This document shows, piece by piece, positions 17,404 through 27,525 of a DNA stretch of 64,000 nucleotides. The notes under the pieces were generated by a model. The model had not been told where the DNA came from. It did not search any database and worked only from the letters and a program-made list of their open reading frames with translations. Made by a program: the position numbers and the translations under genes. Each line of letters begins with the position of its first letter. Position 1 is the stretch's first letter. Source of the DNA: an uncultured Pseudomonadales bacterium (GTDB lineage Bacteria; Patescibacteriota; Microgenomatia; UBA1400; PJMF01); assembly GCA_964455555.1 (NCBI GenBank), contig CAYVXV010000001.1, forward strand, positions 149,096 through 213,095. Direction: 5' to 3'.

Positions 17404-20400
17404 TTAATTGCTTGTACCAACTGTTTGAATGAATGCGTTTTTTAAACCTATGTTAACCGGCATGGGCCTGCCTCCGGGCATTGAGAGCGAGTTTGAACAG
17501 AAAGAAGCAGAGCCTCCGGAGTCAAGGAAAATAAATTGGTCGGCACCGCATTGCTGCATAATATCTGCCAAGTCAGAATAGTTGCCCGTTCTGATTGAGG
17601 CAAAAATAATTGCTTCTCCAGTGAAATCGGTGCACTCGCCATTTGCGTTGCCATAACCCAAGGCAACCCTGTTTCTCTCTCCACCTCCGTCCGGATGATC
17701 ACTGAGTACACCGGTAACAGCTTTTTGATAGCCTCCCACTACAAAAGGCATGTCGGTGCGGTTGTACCAGGCAGAAGGGACGGGGTCAATCCGGAAGTTT
17801 CCACTGTTGTCTACAGTGAACATTCTCATAGTTTGTTCCATGTAAGCAGGATCCCGACCGTTGGCATTGGCAAAATACACCGGGGGGTTGGCTCCGCCTA
17901 TACCAATCGGCTGAGTGGGGGTGTTGTAGTAATTGGCATTAATGGCAACATCTAGCTCTGGGTTGTTTCTAAACCAGTCGCAGGTGTATTTTGGAGAGCT
18001 GGCTTCAGCACTATTACTGACAACAAAGTTGTCAGCGGTTTTTGGCCCAATGGCTACATACCCGGATACGCCGGCATCATCGTCATCCTGAGCAGCCGCA
18101 CAATCACGCGAATTAACGCTCATGCCATAAATTGCGCTTTCATCTGCGCGGATGGCGCTTTTTTCAGCTGCCGTAAGCGGCAGGATGTCCAAGACATCTA
18201 TGCCGACTGTTTCAAAGTGAAGGTGGTTTCCAGAAGAGTTTCCTGTGCTGTCAACCCTGCCCAGAAGTTCTCCAGCTTGAACTTGAAGATCGCGGGTAAT
18301 ATTGGACATACTGATTCCTGGTGCAAAGTCGAGTAAGTGGGCAAAAATCATGATATAGCTGCCGGTATCAACAATGACGTGGGTGCCGTACTTATATTGG
18401 CCGTCACTGCTCCTCATTCCTGTGCCATCTGGATAGAACGAGGCAGTTCCGGCATATGGTGTAAATACTGGTGCATTGGCACCACCATCTGAAGCAGAGT
18501 TGTCCCAGGTAGTAATATCAATGGCAACACCGTCTCCAGGGTAAGAGCCATAGCCGCCCCGTATTACAGCATGAGGGCCACCGCAACCCGCGCAAAGCGT
18601 GGGGTCATAATTTTGGTAAGCCCTAATCACCCCAGTGGTTGGCCAGCAGCCTTCAAAATTTGAAAGTGTCCGGTCAAAAGTGCTGCTCTTATATGAAGCC
18701 GGCAGCGGGCCTAAGAAAGCAGCAAAAATAATAAGCAGGGTTATCAGCGAAATTAAAATTGAACCGGCTATGGTACCTGCAGCTGCTGCGGTACCAACAG
18801 GAAGTGTGGACAGATAACTGGCGGCTGTTCCCGCTACATTGTAACTGCCGCCTGCGGTTGCTGTGCCTGTGGCGCCGGTGGTAGCGCCGGCTGTTTGGGC
18901 GCTTGGCGGCAGGGAACTGGATCCTAAGGCAGGATATGAAGAAGTGCCGGTTGAGCCGCCAAATGACGGCAAGCTGAAGCCCCCGCCTCCTATTGCCGCA
19001 CCGGCGTTGGCGCCGACTGCGGCTCCAAGGCCAGCTCCGACAACTGCTCCTACAGGTCCTCCAATCAAGAAGCCAGCAATGCCACCGCCAATGCCTCCAA
19101 CCAGCCCGCCAATAAGGCCGCTTATTCCGGCTGTAAACATTTTTATCAGGCCTTGAACTACAAAAGCTCCGCCCACAGCCAAAGCTCCAAGAATCCACTT
19201 GCGCTTTTTCTTGTCTGCCAGAAGAGCTGCTGCTTTACCCCACGGGCCTGCCGCTGCCAGGGCTTTGGTTGCCAACTTATCACCGCCGGCTTTTTTCAGG
19301 GCACTTAGCGCTTTTCCTCTAGCATCAACCTTTTTGCTGAAGCGGTCAGTGAAGCGGCTTCTGGCCGAGGCGAATCTGCCTCTTATACCCCCCGGCGGCG
19401 GTCTTTGTGCGCCTGGAATGCCGGCTGGAACACCTGCCACATCATCGGCTGAATAAGTTCTATCACCACCCGCCCCGACGGGCGCACCTCCGTGGGATTC
19501 TGAAACAGCGGCCTCATTAGCTTGGATTAGCTCCATTAAGCTTGCTTGGTGGAGAGCCGCTAGGCTTTCATACTCCAATTGCTCGAGAATGCGCTCTCTT
19601 TCCTCTAAGGATGTTTGGGCAATAAATGACTCAACATAGAAGCGGCGCAGATTTTCTATATAGATTGCTTCTTGATGAGCTGTTTCCAGTTGAAAAAGCC
19701 TTTCCTGGTCGATTTCTGCCTGAAGCTGAATGGCTTCCTGTGCACGCATTTGCAGTTCTGCAAAATTGAGCAGATGGATGTTGGTCGGCACCATGTTGCG
19801 GTCGGTAATTTTATCCAAATCGTGGCCCAGGTATTCATAAATGAGTGTTTTTTCATCAGGTGAAAGGGCATTCCATGCAATCAAGTGGCGCTTATGCTGG
19901 TCTTTCACACTATTGGTGACTGCCCTTGCCACGCGTTCTGCACCATGCTCCTGAACAGATGAGCTGGCGCTGCTCAGTGAGGGGAGGAGCCGGCGTTCAA
20001 AAATTTGGTGATTGCCGGCTGCCAGCTCATCAGCTTCTTTGCCGCTCAGGGGCGCCAAACCTGCTGACAGGCTGGTTTTTTCCGCTTCTAAAGCCAGTTC
20101 AACAGCAAAAAGTTGAGCGTATTTAATGAGGAGTTTTCTCAAGCGCCTGATGGCATCTTCGGTTAAGCGGTATTCCTCCGGTATACCCAGCATTAAGAGC
20201 AGGTGCTCATCGCTCATGTGTTGTAGAAGCCAGGCTGCAGTGTGAGGGTGGGTGGCAAGGCTTTGAAGCGAAGCTTGGCTTGAAACATCAATGTTCACAA
20301 ACTCAAACTCAGCCCCTTGGTTAATTAATAGGGACTTTAGGGCAACCTGGATTCGGCCTTCTACTTGAGTGAATTCCCTGGTGCCCAGGCCGACAATGGT

Positions 20401-21540
20401 GGGGCTGTCAGATTTAAGGACATCTTTAAGCTCTTGGCGGAAATTGTAGCCGGTGGTAAAGCCTGAAAGTTCTTCAAGGGCAATGGTATGGTTTTTAAGC
20501 GAATCAACCAATTGAGTAGCGTGCTGAGCAAAAGCCTCGCGCTCTTCTTCTGGCAGACTGAGAGTGTAGTCTTTGTAAAAGTTCTCGAGCGCCGCCACAA
20601 ACTGGGGTGAGCGGGAAATTTTTAGGTAAAGCTCATCGAGGATTTCCAACCGGCGGCGTGGATTAGCAAAAAGCAGGCCAATTTCCGCCTTATCCTTGCT
20701 GAGCATGATTTCCATGACTTCATTGAGCAGCAGATTTTTAAGCTCGGGGTTTGCCTCCAGATAAGCATAACTAATGTCCTTGGAGACAAAAAGCTCGTGC
20801 AAAGCCCGGTTGTAAATCCATGTTGCTTCATACTGCATTTTTTCCAGATCATCTCTGGTGGCAGTAGGTTCGACCTCTTCTTCCTGAGGGGGTAGTTGGT
20901 CAGCCCCTCCGGTCTCCGGTTCCTCTGGAGTTGTTGGAGCGGCTGAAACACCAGTGGGCGCTGGTGGTTCGTTAATTTGTTCATCTAGCTCATCAACCTC
21001 ATCTTCGAGTAGGTCCTGATTGATTTCCTCGGCAGCCTCTGAAAACTCCACTATTGTTGCCCGGGCTACAGCTTGCAGTAGTTTAAGAATTTTATCTCTA
21101 TGGCTATGAGCAATAGTTTCTGATACTAATTTTTCATCATCCCGAGAACCCGCGATTTCTATCAGTAATCGCTTCTGCAGGTCGGAAGACCTGAGAAAAC
21201 TATAAGCATTCAGGCTGGCCTGAGTTTCAGCCGTACCCCTGTGTAACAAAATAGCGGCAGCATCAGAGAGCAGCAGAATAGCGTCGGTATAAAATAGGTA
21301 ATTTTTGCGGTCCTTAGGATCAATTAGGGCTTTATCAGCATCAAATAGTGAAGAGGTGTGAACCTTAAAACTGGGTAGTTGGACCGGTTGCTGATCGAGT
21401 AGTTCGCCGTTAGGTTTAAAGGCGCGGCTGAGGTCAATAACTAAATCACGGACCTTTTCAAGTTTTTCGCTTGGGTCAATAAACTTCACTTGCTGAAGCT
21501 CAGTCAAAGGGACTGATTGATTTTGCTCGTCAGGCGCCAT
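17404..21540 (-). CDS. giant membrane protein: cytoplasmic alpha-helical/coiled-coil N-terminal half, glycine-zipper membrane segment, extracellular M23 (LytM) peptidase domain plus phosphodiester-glycosidase (NAGPA/DUF2233)-like domain
   Basis: M23 signature 'GTHVIVDTGSY...GNSSGNHLHFETVGIDV' (HxxxD and HLHFE); C-terminal 'FIFLDSGGSASF' NAGPA-like motif; Gly-rich 'GGLVGGIGGGIAGFLIGGPVGAVVGAGLGAAVGANAG'. The ORF track starts at TTG 21618; ATG (MAPDEQ) at 21540 is preceded by a 'tataat'. Confidence 0.7.
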   Translation of the reverse strand: MAPDEQNQSVPLTELQQVKFIDPSEKLEKVRDLVIDLSRAFKPNGELLDQQPVQLPSFKVHTSSLFDADKALIDPKDRKNYLFYTDAILLLSDAAAILLHRGTAETQASLNAYSFLRSSDLQKRLLIEIAGSRDDEKLVSETIAHSHRDKILKLLQAVARATIVEFSEAAEEINQDLLEDEVDELDEQINEPPAPTGVSAAPTTPEEPETGGADQLPPQEEEVEPTATRDDLEKMQYEATWIYNRALHELFVSKDISYAYLEANPELKNLLLNEVMEIMLSKDKAEIGLLFANPRRRLEILDELYLKISRSPQFVAALENFYKDYTLSLPEEEREAFAQHATQLVDSLKNHTIALEELSGFTTGYNFRQELKDVLKSDSPTIVGLGTREFTQVEGRIQVALKSLLINQGAEFEFVNIDVSSQASLQSLATHPHTAAWLLQHMSDEHLLLMLGIPEEYRLTEDAIRRLRKLLIKYAQLFAVELALEAEKTSLSAGLAPLSGKEADELAAGNHQIFERRLLPSLSSASSSVQEHGAERVARAVTNSVKDQHKRHLIAWNALSPDEKTLIYEYLGHDLDKITDRNMVPTNIHLLNFAELQMRAQEAIQLQAEIDQERLFQLETAHQEAIYIENLRRFYVESFIAQTSLEERERILEQLEYESLAALHQASLMELIQANEAAVSESHGGAPVGAGGDRTYSADDVAGVPAGIPGAQRPPPGGIRGRFASARSRFTDRFSKKVDARGKALSALKKAGGDKLATKALAAAGPWGKAAALLADKKKRKWILGALAVGGAFVVQGLIKMFTAGISGLIGGLVGGIGGGIAGFLIGGPVGAVVGAGLGAAVGANAGAAIGGGGFSLPSFGGSTGTSSYPALGSSSLPPSAQTAGATTGATGTATAGGSYNVAGTAASYLSTLPVGTAAAAGTIAGSILISLITLLIIFAAFLGPLPASYKSSTFDRTLSNFEGCWPTTGVIRAYQNYDPTLCAGCGGPHAVIRGGYGSYPGDGVAIDITTWDNSASDGGANAPVFTPYAGTASFYPDGTGMRSSDGQYKYGTHVIVDTGSYIMIFAHLLDFAPGISMSNITRDLQVQAGELLGRVDSTGNSSGNHLHFETVGIDVLDILPLTAAEKSAIRADESAIYGMSVNSRDCAAAQDDDDAGVSGYVAIGPKTADNFVVSNSAEASSPKYTCDWFRNNPELDVAINANYYNTPTQPIGIGGANPPVYFANANGRDPAYMEQTMRMFTVDNSGNFRIDPVPSAWYNRTDMPFVVGGYQKAVTGVLSDHPDGGGERNRVALGYGNANGECTDFTGEAIIFASIRTGNYSDLADIMQQCGADQFIFLDSGGSASFCSNSLSMPGGRPMPVNIGLKNAFIQTVGTSN

Positions 21541-21719
21541 GCTTTGATTATAGCGCAGGGTGTGTAGAGAATGGGAGGGTGAAGCGGGTATGTAAACCGC
21601 TGCTTTTCCTTTTTTCAACGTGTATGAAATAATAGAGCTATATTTACCTGCGGAAGGTTTTAAGTGTTAGTAGTTGATGCCAGATGTAATCATCAGGCGT
21701 TTTTGATATAATTCAGACA

Positions 21720-24575
21720 ATGAGCGAAGGAACCCCCATTACCCCCAATCCTGAAAATCAAGAAGAGCGGCCAAATCAAGATGCTGAGAAAGATGCTAAT
21801 GGGTTGGAGGGTGAGACTGGTGGTGAAACTTGGGAAAGTTTTAATAAAGAAATTACAAACAACATAAAGACACTTCTTCTTAGAGTATCAAAATTGAACC
21901 AAAAGGGATCAATTGATCAAAAAGGGACTCAGCAGGCAATAAGAGATTTGCAAGAAGTTCAGGATCGATTAGAACTTGCGATAGTAGATGAGTATTTTGA
22001 TCACTACGATGAGCTCTTAAAAAAACACTCTCTTCTTCAGTTAAAAATAGACCAGCTGATCTCTAGAGTTCAAACTGCAGACACTCCATCACCACAACAA
22101 CAAGATGCAGACGAACAACCGCAGGCCAGGTTTGAAAAGCCTTCTAAAATTAACAACCTTGACTTGCTGTTGGCGGATATCCAACCAAGAATAACCGCTC
22201 TTAAAGGCAGGTTAAGCCGTGATTTTGATCTTGATAATCCCACTGATAAAACAGAACTGGATTCAATTGGCGCTGAGCTAAGCTTAGAACAGCCGAAAAT
22301 TTCTGAACTGAAGTCGGCATTGGCTTGGGCTGAAAGGCATTTGGCAGGTGTAGTCTCAAGAGATTTGCCTGGCATGACTGATGATGAAAAAACTGATTAT
22401 GAGGTTGAATTAACTACCCAAATCGAATTGGCGAGTCAGTTAGCCAAAACTTATCAAGAGCTAATTAATTTAAAGCTGCAGAAGGAGCTTCCAAAACCAG
22501 AACCAGCCCGAGCTTCTTATGACTCTGTCACAGTGGAAAGATGGAGAAAGTTTGATATATATGAACTTTTCCGCATGTGGTATACAGGCAGTATTGCAGC
22601 CGACAGCGAACCCAAGCAAGCTTATGATGTTGTTTTTGAGGAAAAACTTGATGAAATTAGGGCTGATTTCATAGCTAAGGCTTTGGAGGTAGATGCTGGC
22701 AGCGGAAAGACTGAGGAAACTATTCGAGCTGAGGCTGAAAAGAGATATCAAGACTTTAGGTCACTTTGTGAAATGATGAATGACCTGATTGATTTTGGGA
22801 TTATGTCAGCAGCGAGTTTAAACATGGGTCAGTTGACGGCTAAACACGAAACAATTTTAGCCAAAGCAGCGAGCGCTGATGCCATGAACCTAAATAGCAA
22901 ATTTAACACACATGCCTTGGTGCGTTCAGAGGGAGTTGATCAGAAAGAGCAGTACTCTGACGACATGGGTTTGGTTCAGAGGATGGTCTTTGCCATGCTG
23001 CAAGAATTAAAGAAAAAAGGGAATTATCCTAAAGATCCGGGGAATGGTCAGAGCACAGACAGCCGTTTCTCAAGAAACCAGGGATTTTCCGCCAATCTTT
23101 CTGGTGAACTATTAGATATGGTGTCAGGCTTGGATCGAATTAGGACTCACGAAGGTTATGGGGGAAATAGATTAGAAATTTTAAATATCGGGCAGGAACT
23201 TAGGTACTACCCTGAATTAGCGAAAAAACTTCTTAAGCACTTTGCTAAACAAAAAGCCACGCGCGACGACATAGGTTCTGAGGCAGGCATGTATCATCTG
23301 GGCAGAAACAAAGGTGCTTTTAAATTTGCTGATGGAGCTTCCGGAAGACCAGCGGGCTTGCTGCCAGCCATTCTTTATCAGGTTGGAAAAAATTCTGCCA
23401 GGGAGAGCCATGCCGCTATGTTGTGGTTTGTTAACCCAACTAAGGTTGATGCGCTAATGGCCTTCGGCAGACCTGGCCCCGGAGAAGATTTGGATGACCA
23501 TACAACTTGGAAAGATACAAAGATTGAACCAGGGGCTCCCCCAAGAGAAGTACCTGACCCAGAAGCAAGACAAAACAAGGAAGTTGTTAGAGTAAGAAAG
23601 TTGGTTGAAAAATATTTCTTATGGGCAAACCCACAATGGGCAGAGGCAAGAGGGTTTTTACCATACAAACCCACCGAGTGGTATGAAGACTTCCCAAACC
23701 TTTCAGAGTTCTTTAATCAGTCAGAGGCCACAGTACTTTCTCCGGATTATATTCAGTCAAGAGACGCAGTATTAAAAATTATTGAGATGGCAGCTCAGTC
23801 TCCTTTAACAAACCTAAGCACGATCACTACGCAGATGGAGGAGAAAATTCAGGTGCTTGTTAAAACCTTTAACTCTGAAATCGGCAAAGCGATGGCCTAC
23901 ATCGGACCCTATGCTTTAGATACTGAAGAAGAAGATGATACGAAGAAGAAATTTAAGAAAGTTTTGGAAGATATTCGGGAAGTTAAAAAAGAAATTGAGG
24001 ACTCTGGCAAGCCTGAAGATGATCCTGATAATCAGGCTAATAAAGAAAAGCTGAAAGAACTCCAAAAAGAAGAGAGGCGGTTGAGACCCAAATATAGGTT
24101 GCAGCAGAACCAGTATGTTCACGAACTCATCATCGCTTGCTATCAATTTTTCTTGGCAAATATCTTAATGAGTGTTCCCTCAGGTGACATACCGCTGATT
24201 AATCCGGGTGGTGTGCGCACTAGGGAATATGACACTCTCTATGTCAGAGCTGTAAAAACAATGAGAAATACTATTTCACAAAATACCACATTAACTAGAT
24301 ATTGGCCGATGATTATTGGAACAGCGGCGCCTGCAAACAGCAAGCATCCAGCCGTTGACTTCATCGGGCAACCGGAATTAAAGAGGCGGTGGAGAGAAGA
24401 CGCAAGACTTGCCAATGAGTATCTTAGGTGGGTGTTGGAAAATGAACCAGACAGAGCTGAGATGGGTGCATTTGAGCGCGCAAAATACATGAGAGAGGAG
24501 AGACCTCATTCTCCAATAAATGTCAAAGAAGGCTGGAAGTCTTCTTATCAGGATCCCACTGAGCAGAAAATGTAA
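21720..24575 (+). CDS. hypothetical 951-aa soluble protein, coiled-coil-rich N-terminus, no recognisable catalytic motif
   Basis: Long ORF with uniform coding character, divergent from the T4SS-like operon across a 100-bp spacer (21619-21719); no HUH/relaxase, ATPase or nuclease motif found. Confidence 0.5.
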   Translation: MSEGTPITPNPENQEERPNQDAEKDANGLEGETGGETWESFNKEITNNIKTLLLRVSKLNQKGSIDQKGTQQAIRDLQEVQDRLELAIVDEYFDHYDELLKKHSLLQLKIDQLISRVQTADTPSPQQQDADEQPQARFEKPSKINNLDLLLADIQPRITALKGRLSRDFDLDNPTDKTELDSIGAELSLEQPKISELKSALAWAERHLAGVVSRDLPGMTDDEKTDYEVELTTQIELASQLAKTYQELINLKLQKELPKPEPARASYDSVTVERWRKFDIYELFRMWYTGSIAADSEPKQAYDVVFEEKLDEIRADFIAKALEVDAGSGKTEETIRAEAEKRYQDFRSLCEMMNDLIDFGIMSAASLNMGQLTAKHETILAKAASADAMNLNSKFNTHALVRSEGVDQKEQYSDDMGLVQRMVFAMLQELKKKGNYPKDPGNGQSTDSRFSRNQGFSANLSGELLDMVSGLDRIRTHEGYGGNRLEILNIGQELRYYPELAKKLLKHFAKQKATRDDIGSEAGMYHLGRNKGAFKFADGASGRPAGLLPAILYQVGKNSARESHAAMLWFVNPTKVDALMAFGRPGPGEDLDDHTTWKDTKIEPGAPPREVPDPEARQNKEVVRVRKLVEKYFLWANPQWAEARGFLPYKPTEWYEDFPNLSEFFNQSEATVLSPDYIQSRDAVLKIIEMAAQSPLTNLSTITTQMEEKIQVLVKTFNSEIGKAMAYIGPYALDTEEEDDTKKKFKKVLEDIREVKKEIEDSGKPEDDPDNQANKEKLKELQKEERRLRPKYRLQQNQYVHELIIACYQFFLANILMSVPSGDIPLINPGGVRTREYDTLYVRAVKTMRNTISQNTTLTRYWPMIIGTAAPANSKHPAVDFIGQPELKRRWREDARLANEYLRWVLENEPDRAEMGAFERAKYMREERPHSPINVKEGWKSSYQDPTEQKM

Positions 24576-24644
24576 TGTTGCTTCAATAATTTCTGTATTT
24601 AAATTTAGCGTATTGATAAGAGGGGACAATAAAGCTTTCAAATT

Positions 24645-26405
24645 TTATTCCCGAGCTACTGGTGTTGTGAACTCACCTTTTCTTAAGCGCTCTTCTTCCC
24701 AATCAGCTTTTGCTGCCCTCTGTTCTGCTAATTGCCTCCGGGTTCTCCAATCTTCTGAGGATCGGCCTCTCTCACGCCCAAATAAGCCAGTTCGGTTTGC
24801 AATCCGCTGCAACCTAGCCTCATCTGTAAGTGCTGCTGTTCCACTATCGATTCCACTTTCTATATTTCTAAGCAATCCTGGGGAGGTGCCAATCATCGAC
24901 CCAACTCTCCCAAAAGTAGATGAACCTCTTGCAGTAGCATTTGCCATGTGTCTTCCCGTGCTATGACCGATGTTCATAAGCCTGCTTATATTCCAACGAT
25001 CACCCCTTGTCTCCACAACACCTCTTCCAAGTCCTTCGACCGCACCGGTTGCAGCACCCGCACCAGCACCCAATAATTTAGAGCTGACCGGCGCAGCTTG
25101 CCGCGCTGTCGTTGCTGCAGCCCCAGCCACCATCTCACCAAATCCTCCACTCGCCCCCAGCCTCTTCTTCACATCCTTAACAATTTCGGGCAAGGCCAGC
25201 AAAATAGCCAAGCCCATCAAGGAAGTTATCGCATCGGGCATGCCCCGGCCAACCAAGAAGGGTGGCATAAAGCCGCCATCACTGACGTTAACTTGCTGTG
25301 TAAACAGGTAGAACATTACAGCTACTACCAGAACAACAGGGAAAACTGCCAGGTTAGCAATCAGATTCCTAATCCAAGGACCGAAGGCATCTTTGCCTGG
25401 TATTGCACCGACCACCAACTGGATAGGAGCGGTCACCACCGAAATAACAATGGTGGCGTAAGATTTAAGCAGTTCAAAAAACAGCTTAAAGGCGCCGATT
25501 AGCACCGCTATGGCGATTACCAAACCTACAGTGATGCCGGCTGCCCAGCCAAAGGTGTCGCCGATAAGGCTGTTGTTAGTGCCTAGGATGGAGTTGATCA
25601 TTTTCTCAACAATATTACTGCCGGCCGAGAACCCCTCAACAGCCCCTGACTTCATAAAGACCCACGAAAGCTCAAAAATATTGTAATTGATGATGTCAGG
25701 ATTATCTCTGAAGACAACTCCAAACAAACCAATAATCAGGTACATTGATAAATACATTAGGTCGATCATGAAACCAGCTATAGCGTAGGAAAAAGTCACA
25801 AACAACAAGCTGACAATAATACTGGGAATTGCCTGCTGAGCAGTGATTGCCTGTTGATTGACCTTTTTTCTGAACATGATCAGGAAGCCGATGACAATAA
25901 AAATCACCACAAAGAACATGTAGGCAATATTCCTGAAAGTTTTCCAGAGTTCTAGAATGGGGTTAAGGGCTACAAAACCGAGGCCTTGGGCGTATGCCGG
26001 CTGGGCAATGCCAATCCCGGCAGAATTCAAAACATCTGCCACGTAAACATGAGTGTTGGCCGGAGGAGTAGCGTACATCTGGCCGATTAGGTAGGCTAAT
26101 CCCGGTACGATGCCCTGACGCTGGGCAACTGCGGGACTGCCATCTGGATTTTCATTAATCGTGCCGCCGGAAGACAAGCCATTAATCGGGACAATGTTTT
26201 GAGTTAGCTGAATAGCGGTGTAATTGAGTGTGTAATAAATTAAACACTCCAGGGAAGGATCTTCACAATTTTCGGTTGCCGAGAGGTATTCGTTGATTAA
26301 TTCTTGGTCTCTGGCTGCAGTGTTGTCTTGTGCCTGAGCAGTATTCGAAAGCACGCCAAATAGAATTACCACCACTGCTAATATACTCAGGGCACGTTTC
26401 GCCAT
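24645..26405 (-). CDS. VirB6/TrbL-like polytopic membrane protein with signal peptide and Gly/Ala/Arg-rich C-terminal cytoplasmic tail
   Basis: Signal peptide 'MAKRALSILAVVVILFGVLSNTAQA', at least 6 TM helices in the central 300 aa, hydrophilic tail; architecture typical of VirB6/TrbL. Confidence 0.6.
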   Translation of the reverse strand: MAKRALSILAVVVILFGVLSNTAQAQDNTAARDQELINEYLSATENCEDPSLECLIYYTLNYTAIQLTQNIVPINGLSSGGTINENPDGSPAVAQRQGIVPGLAYLIGQMYATPPANTHVYVADVLNSAGIGIAQPAYAQGLGFVALNPILELWKTFRNIAYMFFVVIFIVIGFLIMFRKKVNQQAITAQQAIPSIIVSLLFVTFSYAIAGFMIDLMYLSMYLIIGLFGVVFRDNPDIINYNIFELSWVFMKSGAVEGFSAGSNIVEKMINSILGTNNSLIGDTFGWAAGITVGLVIAIAVLIGAFKLFFELLKSYATIVISVVTAPIQLVVGAIPGKDAFGPWIRNLIANLAVFPVVLVVAVMFYLFTQQVNVSDGGFMPPFLVGRGMPDAITSLMGLAILLALPEIVKDVKKRLGASGGFGEMVAGAAATTARQAAPVSSKLLGAGAGAATGAVEGLGRGVVETRGDRWNISRLMNIGHSTGRHMANATARGSSTFGRVGSMIGTSPGLLRNIESGIDSGTAALTDEARLQRIANRTGLFGRERGRSSEDWRTRRQLAEQRAAKADWEEERLRKGEFTTPVARE

Positions 26406-26508
26406 GCGCTCATTATAACAAGAACTCCAAGTTGAGCATAGGGGTTAGGTTGTGTTTTCCGCCCGGCCAAAACTCCACATATCCGATATACTGTGATATA
26501 CTTTCATC

Positions 26509-27468
26509 ATGATAAATCAAGATATTGTCAGACAACTCCAATCTTTGCTCGAAAATGCCCGCACTATCTTTATTATGTATGGCAGCGACCCTAGCCTCGA
26601 CCAATTGGCGGTTGGCACAGCACTGCATCAGGCTATTTTGTCCTCCGGCAAAGATGCTCAGTTGTTTTCCCCTCAAAAACCAAGCGATGACTTTAGGCTT
26701 GCCGGAGCTGAGGCAACCAAAACCGAGGTCGGCAACCAAAATCTCACTGTCAGCTTTAATTATTCAGAGGAAGCCGTTGATAAAGTCAGCTACCACATTG
26801 GTGAAGAAACCAATAAATTCTATCTGACCATCAAACCCAAGAAGGGCTCTGAGCCGCTTAGTGCAGATGACGTCGAGTTCAGCTACACGGGAGCAGACAC
26901 TGACCTGATTTTTGTTATTGGAGTTGATCAGTTGGAAAACCTTGAGCAGCTTTATTTTGGCTACGAAAACTTATTTAGAGATGTTCCGGTTGTTAGCCTT
27001 AACACCTTTGCTACAGGTTTTGGTACGGTTAAAATTAACACCGGCAGTGCCGGCAGCATGAGTGAGATAGTTGCTAAGCTGCTTTTTGATCTTGGCTTCA
27101 CCCTGGATGACCGCAGCGCCACCAACTTGCTCATGGGCATCGATTGGGCAACTGATTCATTCCAATCTTTCACTTCAACCGCTGAAACCTTTGAGATGGT
27201 TGGAGCATTGATGCGCTCAGGTGCCAGAAGAATCAAACGCCGCGGCCAACTGGATCAAGCTTCAGTATTTCAAGACAGCTTGAGGCAACAATCTAAACCC
27301 CGGTTGGAACAGGCTCCAACCCAGCAGAAACCCAGGGAAATAACTGTTTCAGAAAGAAAACAAAGCCAGGACACCAAAGGAGACGGCCTTTCCAAAAGAA
27401 GGAAAGTTGATGCCACTAAACCAGGTGGTTTAAAACATCAGCCAGGCAAAGACGTTAGCTCAAAATAA
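26509..27468 (+). CDS. DHH/NrnA-fold-like protein with degenerate catalytic motifs and basic C-terminal tail
   Basis: Co-linear pattern match to NrnA ('TIFIMYGSDPSLDQLAVGTALHQAI', 'LIFVIGVDQLEN', 'SMSEIVAKLLFDLGF', 'ATNLLMGIDWATDS'), but DHH and GGGH motifs are absent. Confidence 0.4.
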   Translation: MINQDIVRQLQSLLENARTIFIMYGSDPSLDQLAVGTALHQAILSSGKDAQLFSPQKPSDDFRLAGAEATKTEVGNQNLTVSFNYSEEAVDKVSYHIGEETNKFYLTIKPKKGSEPLSADDVEFSYTGADTDLIFVIGVDQLENLEQLYFGYENLFRDVPVVSLNTFATGFGTVKINTGSAGSMSEIVAKLLFDLGFTLDDRSATNLLMGIDWATDSFQSFTSTAETFEMVGALMRSGARRIKRRGQLDQASVFQDSLRQQSKPRLEQAPTQQKPREITVSERKQSQDTKGDGLSKRRKVDATKPGGLKHQPGKDVSSK

Positions 27469-27525
27469 CTATTTCCTGTTTGTTTGGAAACTTATTCGAC
27501 GGTTTCAAAACTTAAGTCAAGTAGC

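Noticed and set aside
18689-19198. 169-aa Arg/Trp/Cys-rich ORF on the minus strand
   Set aside because: It lies wholly inside the Gly/Ala-rich segment of the giant M23 gene in another frame. Its composition is the expected by-product of GC-rich Gly codons, so it is not a gene.
26413-26739. 108-aa minus-strand ORF
   Set aside because: Overlaps the start of the plus-strand DHH-like gene and the VirB6 upstream region; no support.
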